Virus record (IMG/VR): IMGVR_UViG_2675903433_000022
DNA length: 64,000 nt
Strand: one strand, 5' to 3'
From: a virus
Taxonomy: Duplodnaviria; Heunggongvirae; Uroviricota; Caudoviricetes
The position numbers and the translations under genes are program-made. Numbering within the stretch: the first letter of the stretch is position 1; the number at the start of each line of letters is the position of its first letter. This document shows positions 29,701 through 38,875 of the stretch, piece after piece. The notes under the pieces are model-generated. The model was not told the DNA's origin. It worked only from the letters and a program-made list of their open reading frames with translations, and ran no database searches.

Positions 29701-31507
29701 AAGAGACGAAGCGGCGGCTCTTATTGCTAAGGAAAGCGAGGCTCGTGTAGAAGGTGATGCCGCAAACGCTAAACAACTGGAAGTGTTGCAGTCGACGGTA
29801 GAGGAAAGTTCCGCAGCCGTTGAAGAAATGAAAAAGACGGTTGCAGAGGTCGATCGTGCCAGTGCAGAACTGACTACGAACATTGAGGCGTTAGCCAAAA
29901 CAAATATTGACCTGGCTCTTCGTCAAGATGAAGACCAGCACAAGCAGATGGTCAATAACGCGAAGATCGCAACAACACAGAAAACCTTTGCTGATGATAT
30001 GTCTGCAATGGCCACGAAGGTTGAGGAAATTCGCGTAGAAATTGGCGAAGACATTAAGGCCAGTATTCTGGAAGAGTCCACCGCTCGTGCCGATGGCGAT
30101 GAAGCGTTGGCAAAGCGTGTCACTCAGCTGCAATCTAAGTTTGAAGGAGATATCAGCGCGGCGATTAGTACAGAACAGGAGGCTCGTACATCTGCCGATG
30201 AAGCTTTGACGAAACAAATAACTCAGCTTGAGTCGAAAGTAAGCAACGATATTGTCGCAGCCATTAAGGAAGAGCAAGAAGCCCGAGCAACGGAAGATTC
30301 GGCTCTGGCAAGCCAGATCACCCAACTTCAGGCAAAAGTTGATGATGATATTTCTGCTGCAATACGCAGTGAGCAGGAGGCGCGTGCGAGCGGAGACTCT
30401 GCGTTAGCTAAACAAATAAACCAGCTTCAAGCAAAGGTTGACGGTGATATATCCGCCGCCATCACTCAGGAGCAGGAGGCCAGAGCAAGTGCTGACGAGG
30501 CGCTCTCACGAGAAATTAACAGCCTGCGGGCGCAGACCGGAACTGACATTGCCGCAGCCGTTGCTGTAGAGACAAAGGCAAGGACTGACGCCGATAGTGC
30601 ATTGTCCAGCCAGATTACATCTCTTACAGCAAAAGCTAATGATCTCGAGGCGTCTCTTGCCAAAGAAACAACGGCTCGTGCAGATGGCGATACCGCTTTA
30701 ACAAAAGAGGTTTCAAGTTTAAAAGCACAGACAGCGAAAGATATTAGTGCGGCCGTTGCAGTGGAAACGCAGGCTCGAACTGATGCTGACTCGGCGCTAT
30801 CGTCTCAGATCACCAAGCTGACCTCTCAATACAAAGAGGATATTAAAGCGGCTGTAGCAACCGAAACGAAAACGCGTACAGAGCAAGATGCGGCACTGGC
30901 GACTCAAATCACAAACTTAGAGTCTCAAACAGCAGCCAACATTTCTGCGGCGGTCACAACTGAAACGACAGCGAGAACGCAGGCAGATAATGCACTAAGT
31001 GGGCGAATCGATACTCTGAAAGCAGAGGTGGATGGAAATACCGCGACAATTCAACAGCAGGCAACAGCCATTGCTGATACCAACAAAAAAGTCTCAACCG
31101 CGTGGACGTTGAAAATGGAGACTTCAACGAGCGGAGGGCAGAAGTATGTTGCCGGTATTGCGCTTGGTATCGACACCACCGGTCTTTCTCAGTTTTTGGT
31201 GCAGGCGGACAGATTTGGTTTGGTCAACTCTGTTAACGGGAAGATCACCACGCCATTTGTTATCGAAAACAGTATCGCCTATATGAATGGTGCGTATATC
31301 AAGGATGGCACAATCACCAATGCAAAAGTAGGCGATCTGCAATCTACCAATTTTGTTAGCGGTAGATCTGGATGGCGGTTCGGCAAAAATGGAACGCTTG
31401 AGATCAACGGTAATAGCGGCGGCAATGGGCGATTGGTTATAAATGGTCAGCGGATTGACGTTTATGACGATAACAACGTCCTACGAGTAAGAATTGGCCT
31501 TCTGTGA
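26777..31507 (+). CDS. tail tip / host specificity protein (lambda gpJ-like, 1576 aa)
   Basis: Size and position; C-terminal array of about 28-aa tandem repeats. Confidence 0.8.
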   Translation: MDMEQFKKKKLPLFIAGAGGKKSKSSSRTPVEADDTVNSRAMAAILDLLGEGVIGGLVNGAKSIFIDDLPILNEDGSSNFSGITWDFRDGSQDQTPMAGFDFVETPKSVNIQLKKTHDVTVSIDNDEADRVRVIMKFPSLRSVDKSSGDTNGTTVKYKFQIANGDATFSDVVAEGEKSVDITLTAKKTGVYYRSYELKLPKPGRAYKVRVIRLTDDNSSQYLYNDTWVDSIGEIVDTPMNYPNSALVGLKVNSEQFGSTMPSRSYLVRGIKIRVPSNYNEYTNTYVGVWDGTFKLLSSSNPAWILYDLLTNTRYGLGQFVSESMIDLGQLYQIGRYCDEEVDDGFGGKEKRFAINTQITSRQDAYRLIQDIAGAFRGMVFWAGGMVNIMQDSPSDPVMMFTNSNVKDGLFTYKGSARKDRPSVALVTYNNKEDGYKQNIEYVEDQDAMRRYGERKTEVVAFGCTSRGQAHRVGLWLLYTARMESDVITFTAGLDASFLMPGETVLIQNKYRAGKRNSGRIVEFTKNSITLDAPVSLAKSGSFIRILNQEGKIVERDVLETGENITKVTFSKALSSAETPVLNGVWTITEPDLEPMRVRIVNIAQGETSGSFDITAVENNPSKYEAIDNGATLIPQNTTVLDPTYSKPSNLQITEGTYLSSPGNLSVKLTATWEGKSPEYWISWRRSDENNVSNWQSARVTEEQYEIVNVAENGRYDFQLYAVSFNGKKTEIISTVYQVLGTMTPPDAPTSLTAVGDYRNVILNWVNPDSVDLDHINVYASQTNNLDTAKLIAESASTTFTHAGLGDSETWYYWVRASNKRGMLSPPNSNLGTEATTRDVLSFLAGKITSSELGQALLEDINSKASQEAVDELNEHINQSVESLEGSVNDVKEDIAELDKQFSDNLAGFEIKFNERSDALENAQTELKGEVSATIDKVNEAFEKIDAADAAIVEIENTVSEHDKALANTVEAIKAARDEAAALIAKESEARVEGDAANAKQLEVLQSTVEESSAAVEEMKKTVAEVDRASAELTTNIEALAKTNIDLALRQDEDQHKQMVNNAKIATTQKTFADDMSAMATKVEEIRVEIGEDIKASILEESTARADGDEALAKRVTQLQSKFEGDISAAISTEQEARTSADEALTKQITQLESKVSNDIVAAIKEEQEARATEDSALASQITQLQAKVDDDISAAIRSEQEARASGDSALAKQINQLQAKVDGDISAAITQEQEARASADEALSREINSLRAQTGTDIAAAVAVETKARTDADSALSSQITSLTAKANDLEASLAKETTARADGDTALTKEVSSLKAQTAKDISAAVAVETQARTDADSALSSQITKLTSQYKEDIKAAVATETKTRTEQDAALATQITNLESQTAANISAAVTTETTARTQADNALSGRIDTLKAEVDGNTATIQQQATAIADTNKKVSTAWTLKMETSTSGGQKYVAGIALGIDTTGLSQFLVQADRFGLVNSVNGKITTPFVIENSIAYMNGAYIKDGTITNAKVGDLQSTNFVSGRSGWRFGKNGTLEINGNSGGNGRLVINGQRIDVYDDNNVLRVRIGLL
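30098..31035 (+). repeat. in-frame tandem peptide repeats inside J-like gene
   Basis: About 11 copies of a roughly 28-aa unit ([DE]ALAKQITQLQAKVDGDISAAI..EQEARA..D.AL variants). Confidence 0.7.
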
Positions 31508-31537
31508 TGGTAGAAAAAAATATTTATATCGGTAAAA

Positions 31538-31558
31538 ATAAGTAGGTAATTACTTAAT
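31538..31558. promoter_or_regulatory. palindromic motif site ATAAGTAGGTAATTACTTAAT
   Basis: About 45 bp upstream of tail fibre gene. Confidence 0.4.
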
Positions 31559-31600
31559 GGTGGGCAAGAATAGCCCACCAAATCAAGGAGCATATTCAAC

Positions 31601-34600
31601 ATGTGGTACAGGGAAGGTACTATCACATTTACACAGGGCAGCAATACTCTGGTTGGGGCAGGGACAGCCTGGAACGTAACAGCTAATGGTGTGTTGCCGG
31701 GGATGATCGTCATTGGCCCCGACAACAAGCTGTATGAGATCAAGCGCGTAACCAGTGATACGAACATTGTTCTCTCAGAACCTTATACCGGCGAAACTCA
31801 GTCTGAAGTTCCGTGCCGAATCATTACGACCTATGAAGGCGACTTAACACAGTTTAGCGCGCGCTTTACTGCACTAATGTCGCGTATGTCGGCTGATTCC
31901 AAGTCCATGCGCAGTTGGTTGACTGCTCTGGATGAGGTGACAATCGAGCGTGAAGACGGTACAGAAGTGACCGTTAAGCCGCTAATGCAGATCGTCAACG
32001 AGCACAACGAAAACGTTGAGTGGTATAAAAATAACACTGACGCGATTAATGCTGCTGGCGACAAAGCTAGTGAGGCGGCGGCCAGTGCTGCCGCAGCAGC
32101 AGAAAGCGCCAATACCGCTGGAGAAAAAGCCTCTCAAGCGTCTCAAAGTGCATCCGCTGCGGCATCTTCACAAAGTGCTGCAAGTGCGAGCGCAACTGCT
32201 GCGAAAAAATCTGAAACGAACGCACAAGCTGCAAAAGAAGCGGCAGCAGAATCAGCATCTGTAGCGTCGGCCAAAGCATCGGAGGCAGCAACATCTGCGT
32301 CCAGTGCCTCTGCGTCTAAGGATGCAGCCAAAGCATCAGAGACTAACGCTTCATCGAGTGCAAACGCGGCGGCATCATCGGCAACAGAAGCTGCAAATTC
32401 GTCTAAGGCAGCAAAAACGTCAGAGACAAACGCAAAAGCATCTGAAACGGCAGCCGAACAAAGTGCATCGTCTGCAAACAGTTCGAAATCTGCGGCAGAA
32501 GCATCAGCGAGCGCAGCCTCAGCAAGTGCGGTTAGTGCTTCATCAAGTGCAACAGCGGCAGGAAAATCTGCGGATAGTGCATCGTCATCAGCGACAATAG
32601 CTACCACAAAAGCGACAGAGGCGACAAGTCAGGCTACAGCTGCTAAAAATTCAGCATCGGCAGCAAAAACCTCTGAAACAAATGCAAAGGTCTCAGAAGA
32701 CAATGCGGCTTCCTCTAAGGCGGCAGCTGCTGAATCTGCAAGTTCTGCGTCTGCATCAGCCACCTCAGCATCCGCTTCAAAAGATGAGGCGACCAAGCAG
32801 GCATCAGCAGCGAAGGGTAGTGCTTCAACGGCATCCACGAAAGCAACAGAGGCGGCAGGCAGTGCGACGGCTGCATCTCAGAGCAAAGCTGCTGCTGAAT
32901 CCGCTGCGACCCGTGCAGAAGCTGCCGCTGATCGTGCTGAAGAGATTGCCGGTGCAGTTGCGATGGAAGATGCAAGCCTTACCACCAAAGGTGTTGTGAA
33001 ACTTAGCAGTGCTGTCGACAGCACCAGTGAATCTTTAGCCGCGACACCAAAAGCAGTTAAGACCGCATATGATAATGCTGAAAAACGACTACAGAAGGAT
33101 CAGAATGGTGCTGATATCCCCGACAAGGGCCGCTTCCTGAATAACATTAATGTTTACAGCAAAGGTGAAGTGGATAAGAAAAAGGGGATGCGATACGTTG
33201 TGGTAAATGCCCCGGCGGGTGTCCAGGAAGGTAAATATTATCCGTTAGTGATAAAAAGGAATGACAGCCATCGGGCATCCCGCGTTGTCATTTCAACGCC
33301 AAGTCGCACAGCTAATCACAGAATGAATAACTGTGAGTTTAATGGTTTTGTTTGCGCAGGCGGCTGGACGGACCGGGGTAGCTATGCCTGTGGTATGTTC
33401 TGGGCTTATTCATCATCGGAACGCGCTATTCATTCCATTCTGATGAGTAATAAAGGCGATACCGTAGACAGCGTATTCTATATAGAAGGTGGGGCATTTC
33501 CCGTAGAGGTCTTTTTAGAAGAAGGACTCTCCGTTACTGCACCTGCTTCTGATTATGTTGTTGCTGAAACGACTTATAAATTTGGCGCAACTGATCCTTA
33601 TTCTGAATCAGTTGCGGTAAATTTAATTTTAGATTTTAAACAAGGCAATGGATTTTATAGTTCGTATCCTGTTTTGAGTAAGTCAGACATTAGCGGTAAT
33701 AAGGTTTACGCTAATGATGAAGTTATTGTCCGTAGTCAGAATGCGTTAAGGATGATTGCTGGCGATTACGGTGTCATATGGCGAAATGATGGAGCAAATA
33801 CTTACTTGCTGATGACTGATAAAGGCGACCAGTACGGTGGCTGGAACGGTCTTCGACCATTTGCTGTAGATAACGCAACAGGTGAAGTTACGATCAATAC
33901 ACCACTTAATTCTCCAAAAGGGGTTAAGGGGAATTCTGATACAGCTACGAAACTTCAGACTGCAAGAAAAATATCCGGTGTTCCATTTGATGGCTCTACT
34001 GATATCACTTTAACCGCCGCGCATGTTGCCGCTTTCGCAAGAAGAGCAACAGGGTCATATGCGGATGCTGATGGTGGCGTGCCGTGGAATGCTGAATCTG
34101 GTGCTTACAATGTAACTAGAACAGGCGACAGTTATATTCTTGCCAACTTTTATACCGGTGTAGGTAGTTGCCGTACGCTTCAAATTAAAGCTCACTATAA
34201 AAATGGTGGTCTGTTCTACCGTTCCTCAAGAGATGGCTATGGTTTTGAAAGTGGTTGGGAGCAGGTTTACACGACTGGATTTATGCCTCAGCCGGCTGAT
34301 ATAAACGCACCAACCGCTGCCGCTGGATGGTTAAATAGTGGTAACGGAACGGCATTTACGACTGCTCAATTTATAACTTGGCTAAATAATCAGGGGGCAT
34401 TTACAAACAAACATTGGATCGCACGGTGCTCATGGACTTACGCCAACAATAATTATATAGACGACACTGGTTGCGGTAGGATCGATCTATCTGGTTCCGT
34501 GATTGAGGTGTTTAGTAATAAGGCAACAAGCCACTACACTATTCGTGTTACAACGACAACAACATCAGGTCATGGTGGTGTTAATAATGCGGAATTTATT

Positions 34601-36019
34601 TATGTGTACAATGGGAGTGATTATGCGCCAGGCTGGCGTCGTTCTTATAACACCAGAAACAAACCAACAGCTTCTGATGTAGGAGCATTACCGCTTTCAG
34701 GTGGCACATTATCTGGGGGGTTAACGTCTTCTGGTGAGATCGTTTCAAAATATGCAAATGGTTTCCGCATTGCTTACGGTAACTATGGGTTCTTTATCCG
34801 TAATGACGGCGGCAGCACATATTTCATGCTAACAGCATCAGGAGATACGTTAGGTTCATGGAACAGTTTGCGACCGATTACAATTAATAATACCAGCGGT
34901 GTTGTGTCTATTGGTAATGGACTAAATGTTACTGGTGGCGTAAATGGTAGCTTGAATGGCAATGCTTCAACAGCTACGAAGTTACAAACAGCGAGAAACA
35001 TCAATGGTGTTAAGTTTGATGGTTCAGGCGATATCAATATTAATACATTGGTTTCTCGTGGCCGAGTTACGGCTTTAAGCGGTTCTACTCAAGGTACTGC
35101 TGGCATTCAAATGTACGAGGCGTACAACAATAGCTACCCGACCACGTATGGCAACGTATTGCACATGAAAGGGGCGAGTGCTGCTGGTGAGGGCGAGTTG
35201 CTTATTGGCTGGAGTGGTACGAGCGGTGCACATGCGCCGGTTTTCATTCGCTCCCGAAGAGATACCACTGATGCGGCATGGTCAGCGTGGGCGCAGGTAT
35301 ATACTGCTAAGGATTCAATTCCTGGTGTGAATACAACCGGTAATCAGAACACTACTGGTAATGCCGCAACCGCCACAAAATTGCAGACAGCAAGGAAAAT
35401 TGCTGGTGTGGCGTTTGATGGCTCTGCCGATATTACTTTGACTGCGGCTAACCTTAATGCCTATACGAAAACAGAGGTAACAAACCTTCTAAGTTCCTAT
35501 GCAACCAGATCATCACTGACAGGCTATAGTGGCAACCTGGATATTATTGCTGAAACACTGGTTGTCAAATCAGGCGGTAGTGGAGGGTTTGCTATATGGG
35601 ATATTGGCACAACTACTAGCGGTGCCAATATGTACATTGATCCAAACCCAGGTATCAATACAGTTTGGCGTTCAACATCTTCAAGGCGCTATAAAAAGGA
35701 TATTGAAACATTACAAGATCGATATGCTGATGAACTTTTGTCATTAAGACCTGTTTGGTATCGTTCAATTTGTCGAGGTGACCGAAAGGATTGGGGGTAT
35801 TACGGCCTTATTGCTGAAGAGGTTGGTGAGATTGCCCCGCAATATGTCCATTGGCGTGAACCAACAAATAATGATTCTCCAGAAGATATTTCCTCAAATG
35901 GTATGGTCGCTGAAGGGGTGATGTATGAGCGTTTGGTTGTACCACTCATTCATCATATTCAGCAATTGACCAAAAGGGTTGAGGAGCTTGAAACGAAGTT
36001 AAATTCACCTAAAGAATAA
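31601..36019 (+). CDS. side tail fibre protein with C-terminal intramolecular chaperone domain
   Basis: About 300-aa Ala/Ser-rich low-complexity segment; three copies of TATKLQTARKI.GV.FDGS.DI motif; C-terminal YKKDIETL ... ELETKL region resembling the auto-cleaving S74-type chaperone domain. Confidence 0.75.
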   Translation: MWYREGTITFTQGSNTLVGAGTAWNVTANGVLPGMIVIGPDNKLYEIKRVTSDTNIVLSEPYTGETQSEVPCRIITTYEGDLTQFSARFTALMSRMSADSKSMRSWLTALDEVTIEREDGTEVTVKPLMQIVNEHNENVEWYKNNTDAINAAGDKASEAAASAAAAAESANTAGEKASQASQSASAAASSQSAASASATAAKKSETNAQAAKEAAAESASVASAKASEAATSASSASASKDAAKASETNASSSANAAASSATEAANSSKAAKTSETNAKASETAAEQSASSANSSKSAAEASASAASASAVSASSSATAAGKSADSASSSATIATTKATEATSQATAAKNSASAAKTSETNAKVSEDNAASSKAAAAESASSASASATSASASKDEATKQASAAKGSASTASTKATEAAGSATAASQSKAAAESAATRAEAAADRAEEIAGAVAMEDASLTTKGVVKLSSAVDSTSESLAATPKAVKTAYDNAEKRLQKDQNGADIPDKGRFLNNINVYSKGEVDKKKGMRYVVVNAPAGVQEGKYYPLVIKRNDSHRASRVVISTPSRTANHRMNNCEFNGFVCAGGWTDRGSYACGMFWAYSSSERAIHSILMSNKGDTVDSVFYIEGGAFPVEVFLEEGLSVTAPASDYVVAETTYKFGATDPYSESVAVNLILDFKQGNGFYSSYPVLSKSDISGNKVYANDEVIVRSQNALRMIAGDYGVIWRNDGANTYLLMTDKGDQYGGWNGLRPFAVDNATGEVTINTPLNSPKGVKGNSDTATKLQTARKISGVPFDGSTDITLTAAHVAAFARRATGSYADADGGVPWNAESGAYNVTRTGDSYILANFYTGVGSCRTLQIKAHYKNGGLFYRSSRDGYGFESGWEQVYTTGFMPQPADINAPTAAAGWLNSGNGTAFTTAQFITWLNNQGAFTNKHWIARCSWTYANNNYIDDTGCGRIDLSGSVIEVFSNKATSHYTIRVTTTTTSGHGGVNNAEFIYVYNGSDYAPGWRRSYNTRNKPTASDVGALPLSGGTLSGGLTSSGEIVSKYANGFRIAYGNYGFFIRNDGGSTYFMLTASGDTLGSWNSLRPITINNTSGVVSIGNGLNVTGGVNGSLNGNASTATKLQTARNINGVKFDGSGDININTLVSRGRVTALSGSTQGTAGIQMYEAYNNSYPTTYGNVLHMKGASAAGEGELLIGWSGTSGAHAPVFIRSRRDTTDAAWSAWAQVYTAKDSIPGVNTTGNQNTTGNAATATKLQTARKIAGVAFDGSADITLTAANLNAYTKTEVTNLLSSYATRSSLTGYSGNLDIIAETLVVKSGGSGGFAIWDIGTTTSGANMYIDPNPGINTVWRSTSSRRYKKDIETLQDRYADELLSLRPVWYRSICRGDRKDWGYYGLIAEEVGEIAPQYVHWREPTNNDSPEDISSNGMVAEGVMYERLVVPLIHHIQQLTKRVEELETKLNSPKE

Positions 36020-36031
36020 ACAACTTCAATC

Positions 36032-36054
36032 GGGGCTGGAACTAAACCAGCCCC
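36032..36054 (+). terminator. hairpin after tail fibre gene
   Basis: GGGGCTGG-aactaaa-CCAGCCCC; no clear T-run. Confidence 0.35.
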
Positions 36055-36079
36055 TGCTTAAAAGTATAAGGATATATTT

Positions 36080-36334
36080 ATGAGCTATGGTGCACAGGTA
36101 TGGTCGCCATCAAGACAGGAGATGGTCGATGCGTTGGCCCCTGTTTATTACCTCGATTATTTTACTCCCTCTGGTTCTGGAAGTAGAACATATGAGGTTG
36201 AGGCGGGATTGGGAATCGACTATTACATAATGGACGTAACCAATGGGAAATACACAAGTCTTACGGTTTCTGGAAATACCATTTCATGGTCTGGAGCTAG
36301 TGGCAATTTAAACATATTGGTTTTTCAAAAATAA
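36080..36334 (+). CDS. hypothetical protein (84 aa)
   Basis: ORF track. Confidence 0.35.
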   Translation: MSYGAQVWSPSRQEMVDALAPVYYLDYFTPSGSGSRTYEVEAGLGIDYYIMDVTNGKYTSLTVSGNTISWSGASGNLNILVFQK

Positions 36335-36942
36335 TGTACGGAAGCAAGATATATCGATCTGACGGGAAGGTCTGGATGTCTCCTTCTTTGTCTCCTATCG
36401 TTTTTCAGAGAAAGCAGGTTGTTTCTTTGTCTGGCGGGACAGAGTTTAACACCCAAATATCTCCAGATCGTTCACCGATGATTTTTGTTGCCTATTCGAA
36501 AGCTGTTTCATTAATAGCCAACAGAATAGTGCGTAACAACCAGGTGATTTACAGTTTCGGAGGTCAGGGTAGCGACTCTAGTGCCACGATATACGTATTT
36601 TCGAAAGGTATAGCCAAAAAAGAAACTTGGGGCATGAGTTTTTTCAATGCGCGAGGAGAGGAGATCTATAATACGGCAAATATCCCACTTTCATTTACCT
36701 TTCTTAATAATACGGAGTGGAACAGTTCTGGAGGGCATGTTTTTGATTACCCGCCAGCGATAATCCCAACATATGCAAATGTGTTCGCGGTTCCAGTACC
36801 GGGCGGGGCCATGACAATGGTTTATGGATATGCGGCATATGGAAATACTGTTAGTTCCATATTCGTAAACCAACTTAATGGCGGCCATAGTTTTAGCGTA
36901 AATGGCAGAGTACCGGTAATAAATAGAAATCTGTATAACTGA
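36334..36942 (+). CDS. hypothetical protein (202 aa)
   Basis: ORF track; overlaps previous stop. Confidence 0.4.
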   Translation: MYGSKIYRSDGKVWMSPSLSPIVFQRKQVVSLSGGTEFNTQISPDRSPMIFVAYSKAVSLIANRIVRNNQVIYSFGGQGSDSSATIYVFSKGIAKKETWGMSFFNARGEEIYNTANIPLSFTFLNNTEWNSSGGHVFDYPPAIIPTYANVFAVPVPGGAMTMVYGYAAYGNTVSSIFVNQLNGGHSFSVNGRVPVINRNLYN

Positions 36943-36952
36943 TGAGTAAACG

Positions 36953-37183
36953 ATGAAAAGATTATTTCTAACAATAGCTGTTGTTCTCTCTCTTACTGGC
37001 TGTCAGAAATTGCCGACACCCATATGTTATGGTGAGGCTATCATTGGTGGACAGGAGACAGTCATACCTATATATGCTGTTAAAAAGGTTAACGGCTATA
37101 CCTTATACAAAGCGGGTAGCATCTATAACTGGCGATGGGTTGGAGTAGGTGCTTTCTCATCAGTGCGTTGCAATGCTGAATGA
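36953..37183 (+). CDS. small lipoprotein (76 aa)
   Basis: Signal peptide with lipobox LTGC. Confidence 0.45.
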   Translation: MKRLFLTIAVVLSLTGCQKLPTPICYGEAIIGGQETVIPIYAVKKVNGYTLYKAGSIYNWRWVGVGAFSSVRCNAE

Positions 37184-37202
37184 TAAGTAAGTACATACCT
37201 AC
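37182..37202. promoter_or_regulatory. motif site GATAAGTAAGTACATACCTAC
   Basis: Upstream of lysis-region genes. Confidence 0.35.
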
Positions 37203-37252
37203 AACAAGAAGGTGAAATGTGATATAAATCCGCCATCCCGATTTGACTTTTC

Positions 37253-37588
37253 ATGGAGGAAAACATGTCGAACGAGATGGCGGGCGTTACAACAGAGCAA
37301 GTTGAGCGTATTGCCGCGATCGTTGCTCGGGAGGTTGTTGGCAAATTAGGCAAAGAGCTACGTGAAGAAATTGGCCAGGAGGTCAATGATCAGCTGAAAA
37401 CCTACTTTGGTGATATGACCCCGGCGCAACATAGTATTCAACACTCCAACCTGGACAAGCTCCTTAACCGGTTAGATTCCATCTCCAGTGGGTTCTTTGG
37501 CGGCATTGTTTCTAAAATAACGTCGTTCATTATTACCGCACTGCTTTTGGGGTTAGCCGCGTATGGCGTAAAAAATGGACTGCAATAA
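37253..37588 (+). CDS. membrane protein with single C-terminal TM, possible holin-like
   Basis: C-terminal hydrophobic segment ITSFIITALLLGLAAYGV; topology is atypical for holins. Confidence 0.3.
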   Translation: MEENMSNEMAGVTTEQVERIAAIVAREVVGKLGKELREEIGQEVNDQLKTYFGDMTPAQHSIQHSNLDKLLNRLDSISSGFFGGIVSKITSFIITALLLGLAAYGVKNGLQ

Positions 37589-37601
37589 CAGGAGATCAAG
37601 G

Positions 37602-38294
37602 ATGAAGACTCCGAGAGGCATTCGTAATAATAACCCCGGTAATCTTGATAAAGGATCACCGTGGCAAGGTCTGGTTGCGAATCCAGACGAACCGCGTTTT
37701 TGCACGTTTAAAGACCCTGTTTGGGGGATTCGTGCGCTGGCGGTGACTCTAATTACCTACCACGACAAACGTCGCGCAAAAGACGGCTCAAGTATCGATA
37801 CCATTCGTGAAGTTATTGAACGTTGGGCACCGCCGAATGAAAACAACACTGACGCCTACATTAATGAGGTGTCTAAAGCCGTTGGTGTAACCGCAGACAT
37901 GATCATCGATCTGCATGATTACGACATCCTTCGACCTTTGGTTGAGGCAATCATTCGCCACGAGAATGGCCGGGGTCCGCTAAAAACGCTGAACACCTGG
38001 TATGCGGCAGAAGTTATTGAGGAAGGTCTGCGTCGAGCTGGCGTTGTTAAGCCGGTGAAAACCGTGAAGGCTGTTCCTGTAACTAAAGAAACAGCAGGCG
38101 CAACTGTTACAGCAGGTATTGGTCTGGCGCAACTGGCCGATGTTATGCCGCAGGTTTCCGCTGCTATGGATAAGGCACAAGGCCATATCTCTAGCGGGGA
38201 TACAGTACGCATCATCTTCGGTATTGCCACTATTGTTGTGGCCGGATTCATTGCCTGGTCGCAGGTAAGAAAACACCAGAAAGGGATGGTCTAA
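37602..38294 (+). CDS. putative lysis protein / peptidoglycan hydrolase candidate with C-terminal TM
   Basis: Start at MKTPRG after AGGAG; conserved-looking GIRNNNPGNL motif; C-terminal TM; located directly before the spanin pair. Function is inferred from context only. Confidence 0.35.
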   Translation: MKTPRGIRNNNPGNLDKGSPWQGLVANPDEPRFCTFKDPVWGIRALAVTLITYHDKRRAKDGSSIDTIREVIERWAPPNENNTDAYINEVSKAVGVTADMIIDLHDYDILRPLVEAIIRHENGRGPLKTLNTWYAAEVIEEGLRRAGVVKPVKTVKAVPVTKETAGATVTAGIGLAQLADVMPQVSAAMDKAQGHISSGDTVRIIFGIATIVVAGFIAWSQVRKHQKGMV

Positions 38295-38295
38295 T

Positions 38296-38547
38296 ATGCT
38301 AGGCAGCCTGATGACAAAGCTAAAAGTTGCTTTGATTACGCTGGCTGCCGTTCTTTTCGTTCTGGTCGGCGCTTACACGATGGGCGGGAATGCAGCACGA
38401 CGAGCAATGGAAGAGAAGGCAAAACAGGAAGACAGAAAACGACTTCAAAGCACAGTGGACGTCAAAAATGAAACACTTGATGAGTTACGGCGCAAGGATG
38501 CTTCTTCTGTTCATCATGAGTTGCACAATAAGTGGTTGCGTGATTAA
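38296..38547 (+). CDS. i-spanin-like protein (Rz-like)
   Basis: N-terminal TM LKVALITLAAVLFVLVGAY then charged, predicted helical periplasmic region. Confidence 0.5.
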   Translation: MLGSLMTKLKVALITLAAVLFVLVGAYTMGGNAARRAMEEKAKQEDRKRLQSTVDVKNETLDELRRKDASSVHHELHNKWLRD

Positions 38548-38698
38548 GCCTCAACCCGCTGGTGTGCTTTTCTGCGATGCGGCTACACCGCTATACATCA
38601 GCCGTGATGATCTCATGACCGAAGAGACTGAAAGAGAGGTGCTTTTTCACAATATGATAGGGGAGCGATTGTGTGGATGGGGCAGAAAAGTACCATAA
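38468..38698 (+). CDS. o-spanin-like lipoprotein (Rz1-like) in alternative frame
   Basis: Lipobox ISGC after hydrophobic segment; reading frame overlaps the 3' end of the i-spanin gene; exact start uncertain. Confidence 0.45.
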   Translation: MKHLMSYGARMLLLFIMSCTISGCVIKPQPAGVLFCDAATPLYISRDDLMTEETEREVLFHNMIGERLCGWGRKVP

Positions 38699-38875
38699 CA
38701 GAAGAGGAGTTTTCTAACATAAAATTTGCATATTATTAGAGCACAAGGTAGATTTGGCACATGGATGTCAAGTAAATCATCCCTTGCATTAATGCTGCGA
38801 CGCATACTCGTAGCCTCTAAACCCTGACAAGGGTCGCCGCTATGACATTAAGTTAATACCGGCTAAGGTGGACAC

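Noticed and set aside
30098-31035. Periodic repeats that could suggest a CRISPR array
   Set aside because: The repeats are in-frame protein repeats of about 84 bp with no unique spacers and no cas genes; they are part of the J-like gene.
32016-32999. Arg/Gln-rich and Ala-rich ORFs on both strands within the tail fibre low-complexity segment
   Set aside because: They are frame artefacts of the GC-rich Ala/Ser codon repeats of the fibre gene.
37253-37588. Confident holin call
   Set aside because: Only one C-terminal TM helix and a long soluble N-terminus; kept as low-confidence membrane protein.
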